The translations under genes were made by a program, and so were the position numbers. Of a stretch of DNA of 64,000 nucleotides, positions 38,299-48,731 are shown piece after piece. The stretch comes from Salinispira sp. Its GTDB lineage: Bacteria > Spirochaetota > Spirochaetia > DSM-27196 > Salinispiraceae. The first letter of the stretch is position 1; each line of letters begins with the position of its first letter. The stretch spans positions 2,240,001 to 2,304,000 of the forward strand of contig OZ271918.1 in assembly GCA_965602015.1 (NCBI GenBank). Direction: 5' to 3'. Under the pieces are notes generated by a model. It was given only the letters and a program-made list of their open reading frames with translations, had not been told where the DNA came from and ran no database searches.

Positions 38299-39483
38299 TC
38301 ATGATTTGGCAAGTATCCGCTCACTATTATAAATCCGGCTGGTTATCCAGGTCAGCCCCATGACAATGAGCACATTCACCGAGACGGTGAGAACGAGGCT
38401 GAGCAGGGTTGCCTGACTTAACAAGATCGCCTTGATGGTAAAAATCAGGTTGAGAACCGGCACGGCGTACAGGGCCAAAGAAGCAGCGGGGTCCATGCTC
38501 ATGGTGACCACGCCGATGACGATTACCAGGAGGTAGAGAGGGCCGATATAACCCTGGGCCTCTTTCATGCTTCCGGCCATGGACCCGAGCAGGACAATGA
38601 GAGTGGCCGCAAGCCCCGCCCCGCTCAACAGGACCAAAAGCAGCGATATGACCGAAAGGGGACTGAGAATCACAGTCCCCGAGAAGGCCCCGCCCCCCAG
38701 GAGCAGGGAATTCAACCAGAAGGCCAGCAGCAATCCGGCAAAACTCATTGCGGCGTTGACCAGGGAGGAAGACACGACGAAGGCGATCTTTCCCAGGGCG
38801 ATTGAAGAACGGGAAACCTGGTTCACCAAAAGGGAGCTGAAGCTTCCCCGCTCCTTCTCTCCGGCAGTCGTGTCGATTCCCATGGACATGCTACCGGCAA
38901 AGAGGTACACGATTATCGCATAGGGTAAAAAGAGAGCCAGGAAGTTCGCCCCCTGGGATTCCACCGGGGCTGTGTCTGCCGTTACCACCCGGAGGCTCTC
39001 GAGTTCATCCATGCTCAGACCGTATTCCGCAAGCCGCCTGTCGCTGATGGTTCGGGTGTAGCGGCCAAGGGCCCGCCTGATAATTTCTGCGGCATAGCGC
39101 TGATCAGAAGAGGTGGAACTGGCATAGATTTCTACCCGGGCTTCATCACCCTGGGAAAAACCTTCAGGGAACACAACCCATATGTGATCACTTCCCAACT
39201 GCGCTGGGTCTGCTCCCGGCATGGGAGGCTGGGTCTCGGGAACGGTGAACGAGAGATTTTCCGCAAGGATGCCGGCGAACTGCTCCCCGTCGGCATTGAC
39301 AATGCCGATGGAGTACACCTGCTCTTGTAAATCGCCGGCCTGCATGTTCTCGAAAAATGAAATGGCCCCGAATATGAGCGGCATCATTATAAAGGGAAGG
39401 ATGTAGTTGGAAAAAATCGCCTTCCGGTCCTTGGCAACGTTTTCGACTTCTTTCTTGAATATGATAAATGCATCCTTAAGCAT
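38299..39483 (-). CDS. ABC-2 permease, NatB-like
   Basis: IFKKE, DTTAGEKERGS and AGSMKEAQ. Confidence 0.85.
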   Translation of the reverse strand: MLKDAFIIFKKEVENVAKDRKAIFSNYILPFIMMPLIFGAISFFENMQAGDLQEQVYSIGIVNADGEQFAGILAENLSFTVPETQPPMPGADPAQLGSDHIWVVFPEGFSQGDEARVEIYASSTSSDQRYAAEIIRRALGRYTRTISDRRLAEYGLSMDELESLRVVTADTAPVESQGANFLALFLPYAIIVYLFAGSMSMGIDTTAGEKERGSFSSLLVNQVSRSSIALGKIAFVVSSSLVNAAMSFAGLLLAFWLNSLLLGGGAFSGTVILSPLSVISLLLVLLSGAGLAATLIVLLGSMAGSMKEAQGYIGPLYLLVIVIGVVTMSMDPAASLALYAVPVLNLIFTIKAILLSQATLLSLVLTVSVNVLIVMGLTWITSRIYNSERILAKS

Positions 39484-40240
39484 ATGCTTCCTCCATAGTT
39501 GAGTCCTGTTGCTGTGCCAGGTGAAAAAAAACCTCTTCGAGATTCGGTTTCTCGTAGCGCTCCATGAGCTCTTCCCTCGCACCCTCGGCCACCAGTTTGC
39601 CGTCAAGCAGAATTCCAATGGTGTCGCAGAGTTTTTCCGCCTCGGCCATAATGTGGGTGGAGAGCATGACAGTTTTGCCCCTGAGCTTGCAATCATTCAG
39701 AAAGTCCACAACGGTCTTGGCTGCGAGAATATCCAGGCCGGAGGTGGGCTCGTCAAACATAATGACATCCGGATCATGGATGAGGCTCACGGCAATATTG
39801 GCTTTCTGCGTCATTCCGGTGGAGAGTTTCGAAACCGGTTTATCCAAAAAAGCCCGCATGTCGAGGTAGTCTGCCAGCTCGTCGATGCGGCGGGCAGATT
39901 TTTCACGCTCCATGCCATTCAAGTCGCCGAAAAAATAGAGCAATTCCCGGGGACTCAGATTTCCCGAGAGTTTCATATCTCCGGTGAGAAAGCCGATGCT
40001 GTCTCTCACCTTTCTGGGCTCGGTGCGCACATCATATCCTTCTACGGATATCTCGCCGCTGTCGGCTTTTAACAGGGTGGAAATGCAGCGCAGGGTCGTT
40101 GTCTTTCCTGCGCCATTGGGCCCCAGCAGTCCATAAATCTTTCCGGGCGACACGGAAAAACTCACGTTATCCACGGCGGTGTGCCGGTCTTTCCGTCTTT
40201 TTACGGCAAAGGTTTTCCGCAAACCGTTAACTTCAATCAT
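39476..40240 (-). CDS. ABC ATPase, NatA-like
   Basis: GPNGAGKTT, LSTGMTQK and FDEPTSGLD. Confidence 0.9.
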   Translation of the reverse strand: MIEVNGLRKTFAVKRRKDRHTAVDNVSFSVSPGKIYGLLGPNGAGKTTTLRCISTLLKADSGEISVEGYDVRTEPRKVRDSIGFLTGDMKLSGNLSPRELLYFFGDLNGMEREKSARRIDELADYLDMRAFLDKPVSKLSTGMTQKANIAVSLIHDPDVIMFDEPTSGLDILAAKTVVDFLNDCKLRGKTVMLSTHIMAEAEKLCDTIGILLDGKLVAEGAREELMERYEKPNLEEVFFHLAQQQDSTMEEAYA

Positions 40241-40260
40241 GTGAATACTCCTTTCTGCTA

Positions 40261-40333
40261 TGACAATAGTAATTGTCAATATGACAAGTATGTTTGTCAG
40301 TGATATACTAATCATGACAATTTTACTTGTCAA
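40261..40333 (-). promoter_or_regulatory. Promoter with three TGACAA-N6-TTGTCA operators
   Basis: Palindromes at 40261-40278, 40282-40299 and 40315-40332. Minus-strand TTGACA-17 bp-TAGTAT. Confidence 0.85.
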
Positions 40334-40529
40334 GTTATAGAAAAAGAATTGCGATCATTTGAATACATTATGAAGTACGGGGTACATATCTACGTGATTG
40401 ACGGCTTAGAGGCGGACTCACCTGATAACACAGTCTTTACGGATTTGTCATTTTGGGATGACCGGCCATTGACTATCAATCGATATAAATTTAACGTAAT
40501 CAAACCAGGTTAATAAAAGGAAGGCACAA

Positions 40530-40889
40530 ATGAAACGATTTATCGAGCCCATTTTGCTGGTGGCCCTGGAAATTGTCGTATTGCTTACCCTGCCGTTCGA
40601 CCTCTCGATGATGTTCCTGCTGTGGACGGTCTCGTTCGCCTACTTTTTCGTGAGAAGGGCGGTAAACCAGAATGAAGGGGTAATGAAGGCCAGAGGGCAC
40701 AAGGTACTGGCATCGAACTTCATAACCAGCCCATACGACACCCACACTCTTCAAAAGGGAATCGAGCTTGAAAGCAAGGTGAACAACGGCAACCGGGAGC
40801 CCCTGCAGGTTAAATGGATTCACCTGGGCCTGAGCCTGGCAAACGCTGGAGCGCTGGCGCTGCTGCTTTTGGGCGTTATACCGAACTAA
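40530..40889 (+). CDS. Hypothetical membrane protein
   Basis: 119 aa, hydrophobic segments, AAGGAAGG upstream. Confidence 0.6.
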   Translation: MKRFIEPILLVALEIVVLLTLPFDLSMMFLLWTVSFAYFFVRRAVNQNEGVMKARGHKVLASNFITSPYDTHTLQKGIELESKVNNGNREPLQVKWIHLGLSLANAGALALLLLGVIPN

Positions 40890-40920
40890 AGAGTCCGTCG
40901 GCCGTCGGCCGTCGGAAAGC

Positions 40921-42153
40921 ATGCTAAGCATGAGCTTTATGGTAAAAAGCACGGCGAACGAGTATTCCAAACTTCCGCTACTGTACCTCACGGTCATCGT
41001 CGTGCTGTCAAACGCCCTCATTCCCATTGCCAGGGGAGAAGCGATCGCGCCTGTTCAGTTCCTCGCAAGCGCAGCCATTGCCTTGTGCATATCCGGATAT
41101 TACCTGCTGTTTGATCAGGTCGAGGAAAGCCGGGGATTCGTCTCCACGATACATGCCTCAGTCCTGGTTATGCTATACGCTCTGTATATCTGGCAAAACC
41201 CGGTGACGGAAACTTCCTGGCTGATATCCCTGTTAATAGTCGCATACGCTGAGGAGCACATGAGGGGCTTCCTGCGGATCGCCTTTCAGGTATCGGGACT
41301 AGGGGTAATACTTACCCACTGGGTCATCCTCGAGCGCAGTTTCGAAGACGTTTTTATTTTTCTCCTGACGGTCTCAAGCGCATACATTTTCGTAATCGTG
41401 TATTTGAAGGCGGATTTACGAAGCCGCAGCCTGCGCCAAAGAGCCGAGGCCCTTTCGGAACAACTGCAGGCGGCGAATGATCAACTGACTGAGTTCAATC
41501 GGCAGGCCGAAGAGTTAGCGACGGCAAAAGAACGAACCCGTTTAGCCGCAGAACTTCATGATAGCCTCGGACATAAAATTACCGCCGCAAGTATGCAGCT
41601 CCAAACGATCAGGCGGAAACTTATGGGGTACACGCAGGTTCAAATAAACCTCTTGCCCCACATTGAGACAGCGGTAAGCCTCAACCGGGAAGCCATGGTG
41701 ATTCTCAAAAGCTCTGTCAGCCGTCTTAATCAGGACCCATTAAAGGGCAAAAATCTCCCGGATGCATTAGCTGAGTTGGCAAATCAAAGCACCGGTACGG
41801 ATATTTCTGTAAGCTTCGGCATACATGGTGACTGGATCACCCATCCGAATGGACACATCGCCCATACCTTGTACCGGATTGCCGAAGAGGGGTTAAATAA
41901 CAGCATCAAACACAGCGAAGCACGCACCGTCTCTGTAAAACTTACAGTCGAGAAATCCGGAAAAATCATTATGGAAATAAGCGATGACGGGAAGGGTTGC
42001 AAGCATGTAAGCGGAGGATTCGGTTTGAGAGGCATGCACAATCGATTACAGCAGGTCGGTGGCAAACTGGAAATAGAAACCCTTGCGGGTCAGGGTTTTA
42101 CCATCCGCGCGGAAATTCAGGGGGACTCTCATGATTCGACTGGCGATTTGTGA
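40921..42153 (+). CDS. Membrane sensor histidine kinase (HisKA_3, NarX/DesK type)
   Basis: ERTRLAAELHDSLGH, EGLNNSIKH, DDGKG and GFGLRGM. Confidence 0.9.
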   Translation: MLSMSFMVKSTANEYSKLPLLYLTVIVVLSNALIPIARGEAIAPVQFLASAAIALCISGYYLLFDQVEESRGFVSTIHASVLVMLYALYIWQNPVTETSWLISLLIVAYAEEHMRGFLRIAFQVSGLGVILTHWVILERSFEDVFIFLLTVSSAYIFVIVYLKADLRSRSLRQRAEALSEQLQAANDQLTEFNRQAEELATAKERTRLAAELHDSLGHKITAASMQLQTIRRKLMGYTQVQINLLPHIETAVSLNREAMVILKSSVSRLNQDPLKGKNLPDALAELANQSTGTDISVSFGIHGDWITHPNGHIAHTLYRIAEEGLNNSIKHSEARTVSVKLTVEKSGKIIMEISDDGKGCKHVSGGFGLRGMHNRLQQVGGKLEIETLAGQGFTIRAEIQGDSHDSTGDL

Positions 42154-42814
42154 CGATCAGGAACTCTTTCGTGTCGGGCTTTCGCAGCTGATAGAGACCT
42201 ATGAGGATTTCCACATTGTCCACAGCTGTCCAAACGGAGTCCACCTTATCGACTGTTTGGAAATCGTTATGGTAGATGCGGTGCTTCTTGATGTCCGAAT
42301 GACTCCTATGGACGGAGTCGAGTGTTGCACCATTCTACGGGAAAAATATCCCACTCTTCCGATTCTCATGCTGACGACCTTCGATAACGATGACTTAGTT
42401 TTCGACGCATTACGGGCCGGCGCCTCAGGATACCTATTGAAAGATTGCAGCGCAGATGAACTATTCTCCTCAATTTCTTCCATCCTGTCGGGCAGCAATA
42501 TTTTTTCTGCTGAGATCACGAAAAAGATATTCGCCAAGAACTCCGACGAACTTTTCGTTAATAAAATGAGTTCGGGAACAGCGGGCAGCTCGAGCTCAGC
42601 TCTGTCCATTCAGAGGGTCAAGTACCCTCTGACCAGGAGGGAGGTAGAAATAGTGAGGCTAATTTCACAGGGTATGAGTAACAAAGAAATCGGAAACCGA
42701 CTATTCCTCGCTCACGGTACGGTAAAAAACCACGTGACGAATATTTTAACAAAGCTGGATGCCAAGGATCGGGCACAGGCTGTTTCAATCGCAATCGGGA
42801 CCGGTCTAATCTGA
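42131..42814 (+). CDS. NarL/LuxR-family response regulator
   Basis: ICDDQ, LLDVRM, LTRREVE and TVKNHV. Confidence 0.93.
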   Translation: MIRLAICDDQELFRVGLSQLIETYEDFHIVHSCPNGVHLIDCLEIVMVDAVLLDVRMTPMDGVECCTILREKYPTLPILMLTTFDNDDLVFDALRAGASGYLLKDCSADELFSSISSILSGSNIFSAEITKKIFAKNSDELFVNKMSSGTAGSSSSALSIQRVKYPLTRREVEIVRLISQGMSNKEIGNRLFLAHGTVKNHVTNILTKLDAKDRAQAVSIAIGTGLI

Positions 42815-42954
42815 TTCGTCCGGCCGTTAGACCACAATAAGCAGATGTACCATTTTTAATGACCATTTCATGACCCCTATGTGACCATCGGCCTATATAT
42901 CCCATGGAGCTAATGCGATAGGTTTCCCTCAGATCAAAGAAAGGAGACCTGTTT

Positions 42955-43884
42955 ATGAATCAAATCAGGAAAACTACGGTAGAAAAACGAGCCATACTAA
43001 TCGGGGCGGCCGGAAACCTAGTAATGGCGGTCGTCGCCTGGATAACGTTCTGGTTCTCGAACTCGGAGGCTGTACTTCTGGATGGAAACTATTCGTTCAT
43101 CGTATTTCTCGGAATGATCGTTGCCCTCGCTGTCGCAAAACTCAAGGCGGTAAAAAACAGTACCTTTCCCCTCGGTCATTTTTTTTATGAATCGCTGTAC
43201 AGCCTCTTTAAGGGACTTATGATTATGGGAATCATCCTGATGGCTGTTGCCACGAGCGTTGTCAGAATACTGTTTTACTTCGGGGGATCAACGGAGAGCA
43301 TCCCCATGCTTAATCCGGGTCCGATCGTCTATTATGCCGCAACGATGGTAGTGCTCAGTTTCCTGCTTTCGGCGTATTACCGTCACTCCAACCGGCAGAT
43401 CGGCGATCAAAGCAGCATCCTGAAAACCGATGCAAAAGCATCGTTCGTAGACGGGGTATTATCGCTGGGCATTCTCGGAGGCGTGCTCGCCCTTCGCAAC
43501 GCGGGATCCGGCGGGGCGGACAGTTTCATTCCCTACCTGGCGGACTCGATAATTACGCTGATTTTATCTGTCGCCCTCATTTCCAAACCTATCCAGATAA
43601 TACGGGAATCCGTCATAGAAATCGCATTGGGGACTTTGCAGGATACAGACGAGTACGCCCGAATAAGAGAAGTGATAGAGCGTGGCTGCGCACCGGAGTT
43701 GTCAGTGGCGGACATTCATATGAGCAAGACCGGAAGCAGGTATCTCGCGCTGGTATCGGTGAAGACCTCCGATGGTTCGGATATGATGTCATCCGGCACC
43801 TTGGAGGAGAGCAAGCGCGAGATCATTCGGGAACTCGAAGGAAGCTATCCATACTTTATGATGGAACTGATCCCCAGAACGTGA
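42955..43884 (+). CDS. Cation diffusion facilitator-family transporter
   Basis: SEAVLLDG, FPLG...E, five to six TMs and C-terminal KTGSR. Confidence 0.75.
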   Translation: MNQIRKTTVEKRAILIGAAGNLVMAVVAWITFWFSNSEAVLLDGNYSFIVFLGMIVALAVAKLKAVKNSTFPLGHFFYESLYSLFKGLMIMGIILMAVATSVVRILFYFGGSTESIPMLNPGPIVYYAATMVVLSFLLSAYYRHSNRQIGDQSSILKTDAKASFVDGVLSLGILGGVLALRNAGSGGADSFIPYLADSIITLILSVALISKPIQIIRESVIEIALGTLQDTDEYARIREVIERGCAPELSVADIHMSKTGSRYLALVSVKTSDGSDMMSSGTLEESKREIIRELEGSYPYFMMELIPRT

Positions 43885-43894
43885 AGCTCCGGGA

Positions 43895-44617
43895 GTGCAT
43901 CGTATGAACCAGGGTAAAAAAACCGGCAAGGCACATCGATATGTGCCTATTGCCATATTCGTTAGCATACTGCCGCTAATCATTCTATACCTGGCAGGGC
44001 AGCACCCTTCCATTGAGCTGCATCAGCACGCAGTCGGTCATCTGGGCAGAAGCATCATCGCCGGCTGGACAGTGGTCCTGCTTTTAGCTGGCACTGCCCG
44101 TGTTCTGCCGGGAAAGAAGGTAGTAGATGTTGCCGACGAAAACAACAGTGCACGCCGCAGAGATAGCATCGTAAAAACCGCAAGCCCAGGCCAGGCAATC
44201 TCAATAATCTTCGCTCTTATCACCATCGCTAACAGCCTCATGATGATCACCGGCTTAGACACCCCGAAAAACGGAGTATTTGCTTACGTTCATTTGCTTG
44301 TCCGACTGAGTATCGTCTCGTTGTTTGTCATAGTTTTTTCATTTTCAGAAATAATTAGTAACGTACGAAAAACTCGCTTCTCTATCGACCCGGTGAAGTT
44401 TTTGTATTTGAAGCCCGACTCGCCTTCCCTTATTGTAGTATCAGGAGCCTTCACCAGGGGAACTGCGGCGTTGTGTCTTCTATCAATTGCCTTTCAGCGG
44501 CAACTCTCCCCGGCCGGCGGTGAAAAGCTGTACGCAGGACTATTGGTTTTTTGGTTAGGATTGTGGGTCATCAACAGGCTTATTCGTCTACCTAAAAAAA
44601 GAGGGGGCAACGAGTAA
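43895..44617 (+). CDS. Hypothetical membrane protein
   Basis: Multiple TM segments; start uncertain. Confidence 0.55.
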   Translation: MHRMNQGKKTGKAHRYVPIAIFVSILPLIILYLAGQHPSIELHQHAVGHLGRSIIAGWTVVLLLAGTARVLPGKKVVDVADENNSARRRDSIVKTASPGQAISIIFALITIANSLMMITGLDTPKNGVFAYVHLLVRLSIVSLFVIVFSFSEIISNVRKTRFSIDPVKFLYLKPDSPSLIVVSGAFTRGTAALCLLSIAFQRQLSPAGGEKLYAGLLVFWLGLWVINRLIRLPKKRGGNE

Positions 44618-45353
44618 CATGCCCCCCCTTCCTGGGGTTGGGGCTCTTATTATATAGAATCCCCGAAGCGCGCTATGCTGTCCAGCATCTGCGAATACCC
44701 CGGTTCTTCAATGGGAAAGTGTCCGCAGCCCTCCAGATCTATCCAGTTCTTTTTTCCTGCGTATTTTTCATAGAACGGCCGGGAATCCTCGGGTTTGGTC
44801 CAGGGATCGAGCCCCGGATGGGCCACCAGCAGCGGAATGTCCGCCTGTTCCGGTTCGGTGATAATATCAAAATCAACCAGGCTGAGCAGGAAGCCCAATT
44901 GAGCCTTTGTGCCGCCGGATATGGGATCTGCGGCGATAATTGCGCTGATAAACGGGTCGTTGGTTATCAGCTCAATAGGTGCGATCAGCGGCATCGGCAG
45001 TCTGAGCCGGTATGCCAGGGGCCTCAAAAGCCATCGAAGGCCGTAGCTAACATAGCCCAGCGCGGCCCATCGGGATGCCTTCGCAAACAGGGAAAGCCGA
45101 CGGGTATCCAGCAGGGTGGTGGCGATAATGCCCCCGACCACTTCCCGGGGGCTTCGCATGGCCGCGCCGTAGGCCAGAAGTCCGCCGAGACTCAAACCCA
45201 TAAAGAAGACTTTCCCTCTTTTGTCCCCGGCCTGGTCCCGGGCGATATCTGAAATAATATCCGCCCAGAGGTTGTAACTGATGTTTTTACCCGGCTGGCG
45301 AACTGAACCGCCCCGGCTTTACCGGAGACAAAATCTTGTGAGAGGATGGAGTC

Positions 45354-45680
45354 ATGGTAAAGAAAAACAGCAGGTTTTCTGAGGAAGTTAAGGAGCGGGC
45401 AATCCGCATGGTATTCGCCGCCAAAGGTGAATATGATTCTCAGTGGGCCGCAATTGAGTCGATAGCTGAAAAGATAGGCTGTACTGCAGAGACGTTACGG
45501 CGGTGGGTTCGCCAAGCCGAGAAAGATAATGGTAGTCGGGAGGGACTTACAACCGACGAGAAGAAGCGAATCAAGGAGCTCGAGCGGGAGAACCGGGAGC
45601 TCAAGAAAGCCAATGAGATTCTACGTCTGGCTTCCGCATATTTCGCGAAGGCGGAGCTCGACCGCCAACACAAGAAATAG
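45354..45680 (+). CDS. IS3 transposase OrfA
   Basis: IAEKIGCTAETLRRWVRQ, ELERENRELKKANEIL. Confidence 0.92.
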   Translation: MVKKNSRFSEEVKERAIRMVFAAKGEYDSQWAAIESIAEKIGCTAETLRRWVRQAEKDNGSREGLTTDEKKRIKELERENRELKKANEILRLASAYFAKAELDRQHKK

Positions 45681-46576
45681 TCTGCTTCATTGATGAACAC
45701 CGCGATGACTATGGGGTCGAGCCGATTTGTACTCAGGTGCCAATCGCTCCTTCGGTGTACTACGAACAGAAAAAGCGAGTAAAACACCCTGAAACAGCTC
45801 CCGCAAGGGTAAAGCGCGATGAAATCCTGAAGCCAGAGATCCAGAGGGTTTGGGATGAGAATTATGAGGTTTACGGCGTTCGCAAGGTCTGGCACCAGCT
45901 GAAGCGAGAAGGATTCCAGATCGCACGATGTACCGTGGCCCGTCTCATGGCTGTCATGGGGCTTAAAGGCGTCATACGAGGCCGCAAGGTGCGAACCACA
46001 GTACCGGACCCGAAAAATGAACGTCCGCTCGATTTGGTGCACAGGGAATTCAGTGCCGACCGTCCGAATCAGCTGTGGGTGGCGGATTTCACTTATTGCG
46101 CGTCTTGGGTGGGTTTTGTATATGTGGCATTTATCATCGATGTATTTTCACGAATGATCGTCGGATGGCGTGCCTCGAGGTCCATGAGCGCAGAGCTGAC
46201 GCTGGATGCTCTGGAACAAGCCCTGTGGGCAAGGCAACCTGAAAATGGGCTGATCCACCACAGTGATCGTGGGAGCCAGTATCTGTCAATCCGGTATTCT
46301 GACCGCTTAGCAGAAGAAGGCATTGCCCCATCTGTTGGGAGTGTAGGCAGCTCATATGACAACGCGCTGGCTGAAACCATAAACGGACTGTACAAATCCG
46401 AAATGATCTACCGTAAAGGACCGTGGAAAAACCTGGATGCTATTGAGGCTGCTACGCTGGAATGGGTAAGCTGGTACAACAATAAACGGATTTATGAAAT
46501 CCTGGGATATATGCCTCCGGCAGAGTTTGAGAAGGCATATTATGATCAACTGCAAGACGCAGCCAGCGGGCTGTAG
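45677..46576 (+). CDS. IS3 transposase OrfB (DDE), -1 frame relative to OrfA
   Basis: WVADFTY, HHSDRGSQY and DNALAE. Frame is open upstream of 45737 (IVCFIDEHRDDYGVEPIC). Confidence 0.92.
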   Translation: MVCFIDEHRDDYGVEPICTQVPIAPSVYYEQKKRVKHPETAPARVKRDEILKPEIQRVWDENYEVYGVRKVWHQLKREGFQIARCTVARLMAVMGLKGVIRGRKVRTTVPDPKNERPLDLVHREFSADRPNQLWVADFTYCASWVGFVYVAFIIDVFSRMIVGWRASRSMSAELTLDALEQALWARQPENGLIHHSDRGSQYLSIRYSDRLAEEGIAPSVGSVGSSYDNALAETINGLYKSEMIYRKGPWKNLDAIEAATLEWVSWYNNKRIYEILGYMPPAEFEKAYYDQLQDAASGL

Positions 46577-47028
46577 TCATACAAAACACTCTCCGGGATT
46601 CCCGGGGCGGTTCAAACTGTAAGTCCGTAGCCCGGAAGATCGGGACACACTACCCTGAATCCTGCCTTCACCAGCCCCGGGGCCAGAAACCCCACAAGCC
46701 TGCCGTTCCCGCCTCCGCCGTGGCAAAGGATCAGGGTATTTTCGGCATTTTTGTTTTCCCACACATCCAGGTGCACTTCCCAACCGCGGTAAGTCGCAAA
46801 CTGCTCGAGGGGCTCCTGTTTGCCGCTGATGCGAAAGGCTTCAGGCAGATAGCGCTCCAGGTTCCGCCACTCTATGCGGTCGCGGTAATACATTTTCTCG
46901 GAATGTGCCGTTCCGCTTTGCCAACTGTTATATTTCATCTTCCTCTCCTTTCATGCTGATAGACAAAATATAGTTCACAAGGCGCAGGTTTTTCGCATAC
47001 AGCTGTCGTCTAGATATATACTGTCTTT

Positions 47029-47616
47029 ATGGATCCACGATCAAAACGAGTCCGCAGCGAAATAGGCAAGGCCGCCCACGCCCTCTTTCTTGAAGGCGGC
47101 TTTGACAACATGACTGCCGCGGCAATCTGCAGCCGGGCGGAGGTGAGCCGGAGCGCATTTTATGCCCACTACCATAATCCCGATGACTGCCTGGCGGAGG
47201 TTCTGAAGCAGCTATTCCAGCCGATGGCTGAGGCGCTGCAGGGAAAAGCCCTGGACCCCGATACCCTCCTGCTCGATAAAAAGCCTCTCAGTTATTTTTT
47301 CTTCGCACATATCGAGGAGCACATAAAACTCTACTCAACGCTGTTTTATGATCAGCGGGGGGCGGGGGTTCTCGAAGCGGTGCGCTCGGTGGCCGAAACC
47401 ATGTCTTTCCGGATGCACGAGACATTGCGGAAGAAGTCGGCGCAATGGGACCAGAACCAGGCAGACATGGCTGCCGCCTATCTCTCTGGCGCCCTGGTGG
47501 CTACGGCGCGAAACTGGGTAAAAAACGGATGCCCCGGGGGCAGCCTGGTTATGGCCTACTGGTTTTCCTCTATGGCCGCCCCGGGATTACTTGAATCCAT
47601 GGGGCTTGAACCATAA
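47029..47616 (+). CDS. TetR-family regulator
   Basis: MDPRSKR, ICSRAEVSRSAFYAHY; divergent from the hydrolase. Confidence 0.88.
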   Translation: MDPRSKRVRSEIGKAAHALFLEGGFDNMTAAAICSRAEVSRSAFYAHYHNPDDCLAEVLKQLFQPMAEALQGKALDPDTLLLDKKPLSYFFFAHIEEHIKLYSTLFYDQRGAGVLEAVRSVAETMSFRMHETLRKKSAQWDQNQADMAAAYLSGALVATARNWVKNGCPGGSLVMAYWFSSMAAPGLLESMGLEP

Positions 47617-47627
47617 AGAGACAGACT

Positions 47628-48626
47628 TTAGGCGCTTTGGCCGAGAGCTTCGCCGGCCAGCTCTTCAACTTCCGACACCTGATCGGCGCTCAACGGCCCG
47701 AATTCCATGGCTCGGATATTTTCCTCGACCTGGGAGAGGGATTTAAAGCCAGGAATGGGAATCAAACGATCGCTTTTGCCCCAAAGCCAGGCCAGAGCGC
47801 CCTGCACCAGGCTCCGTCCGCCGGACCGCAGAATTTCCCTCACCGAATCCCGACGCCGAATAAAATCCGGGTTCGCCCGTCCCTGGCGGAACCAGCTCAG
47901 CCAGTCGGTATCGGTCGCCCTGATGTCCTTTCCGCTAATAATGCTGTCCGCATCGTACTTGTCGGAAAGCAGACCCATGGCAAGGGGCGAGCGGCAGAGG
48001 ATGCTGATATTCTCATTCTCGGCGAAATTCAGAATATCGCGGTTCCCTGTGAAAATGTTGAATGCCGATTGGGCCGAGTCGCAGTGCTCGCCCTTTGCGA
48101 ATGCCTTCACCCTCGCTGCATCGTCGGTACTCCAGCCGTAGCTGCGGATCTTGCCCTCGGCGGTCAGCTTTTCAAGGGTTTCCAGAACCTCATCGGCACG
48201 CTCGACGGGAAAACCCCCGTCGTGAAACTGATAGAGGTCGATGTAATCGGTGTTCAACCTCCGTAGACTCCCCTCGAGGGCTTTGCGAATAAATGCTTCA
48301 TCGCTCCCGGCTCCGCCGGGAATGCCCGTTGACTCGTCGAAGTCATAGCCGAATTTGCTCGCCAGGACAACCTTGTCCCGGCGGTCTGCGAAGGCCCTTC
48401 CGATTACGGTTTCCGAGTGTCCGCAGCCGTATATATTCGCCGTGTCGAAGAGATTTACTCCTAAATCGACTGCCCTGTGGAGGGCCCGGACCGAGTCCTC
48501 GTCCTTTAACTCTCCATAGCCCTGGGGGGTCCGGCCGTCGCTGGCGGTCCAGGTATTGCCGATGGGCCAGCAACCCATGCCCAGCGCACTTACTTCGATA
48601 TTGCTGTTTCCGAGACGTGTTTTCAC
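47628..48626 (-). CDS. Aldo/keto reductase
   Basis: LGMGCW, FDTANIYG and SLRRLNTDYIDLYQFH. Confidence 0.93.
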   Translation of the reverse strand: MKTRLGNSNIEVSALGMGCWPIGNTWTASDGRTPQGYGELKDEDSVRALHRAVDLGVNLFDTANIYGCGHSETVIGRAFADRRDKVVLASKFGYDFDESTGIPGGAGSDEAFIRKALEGSLRRLNTDYIDLYQFHDGGFPVERADEVLETLEKLTAEGKIRSYGWSTDDAARVKAFAKGEHCDSAQSAFNIFTGNRDILNFAENENISILCRSPLAMGLLSDKYDADSIISGKDIRATDTDWLSWFRQGRANPDFIRRRDSVREILRSGGRSLVQGALAWLWGKSDRLIPIPGFKSLSQVEENIRAMEFGPLSADQVSEVEELAGEALGQSA

Positions 48627-48731
48627 GATCTCCTCCTCGCGTTTGTTTGAATGAACAATAGCCCTTCACGTGGTTGGTTTTTAGGTCCACTTTTTGTATT
48701 ATTTTCAAACCACTTTCTTCGGAGGCCACAG

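Larger units (their letters stand above)
45304..46614 (+). mobile_element. IS3-family insertion sequence (IS51/IS629-like), 1311 bp, AAC target duplication
   Basis: Ends TGAACCGCCCCGG / CCGGGGCGGTTCA; AAC at 45301-45303 and 46615-46617. Confidence 0.95.
44650..46938 (-). pseudogene. Alpha/beta hydrolase (lysophospholipase-like) interrupted by IS3 element
   Basis: 5' half has CHGGGG and DLPGYGLTV; 3' half has GLSLGG and GCGH. The halves rejoin in frame once the IS and one AAC are removed. Confidence 0.9.

Noticed and set aside
40895..40915. 3 x CCGTCGG heptamers before the sensor kinase
   Set aside because: Real but short, with no evidence for phase variation or function.
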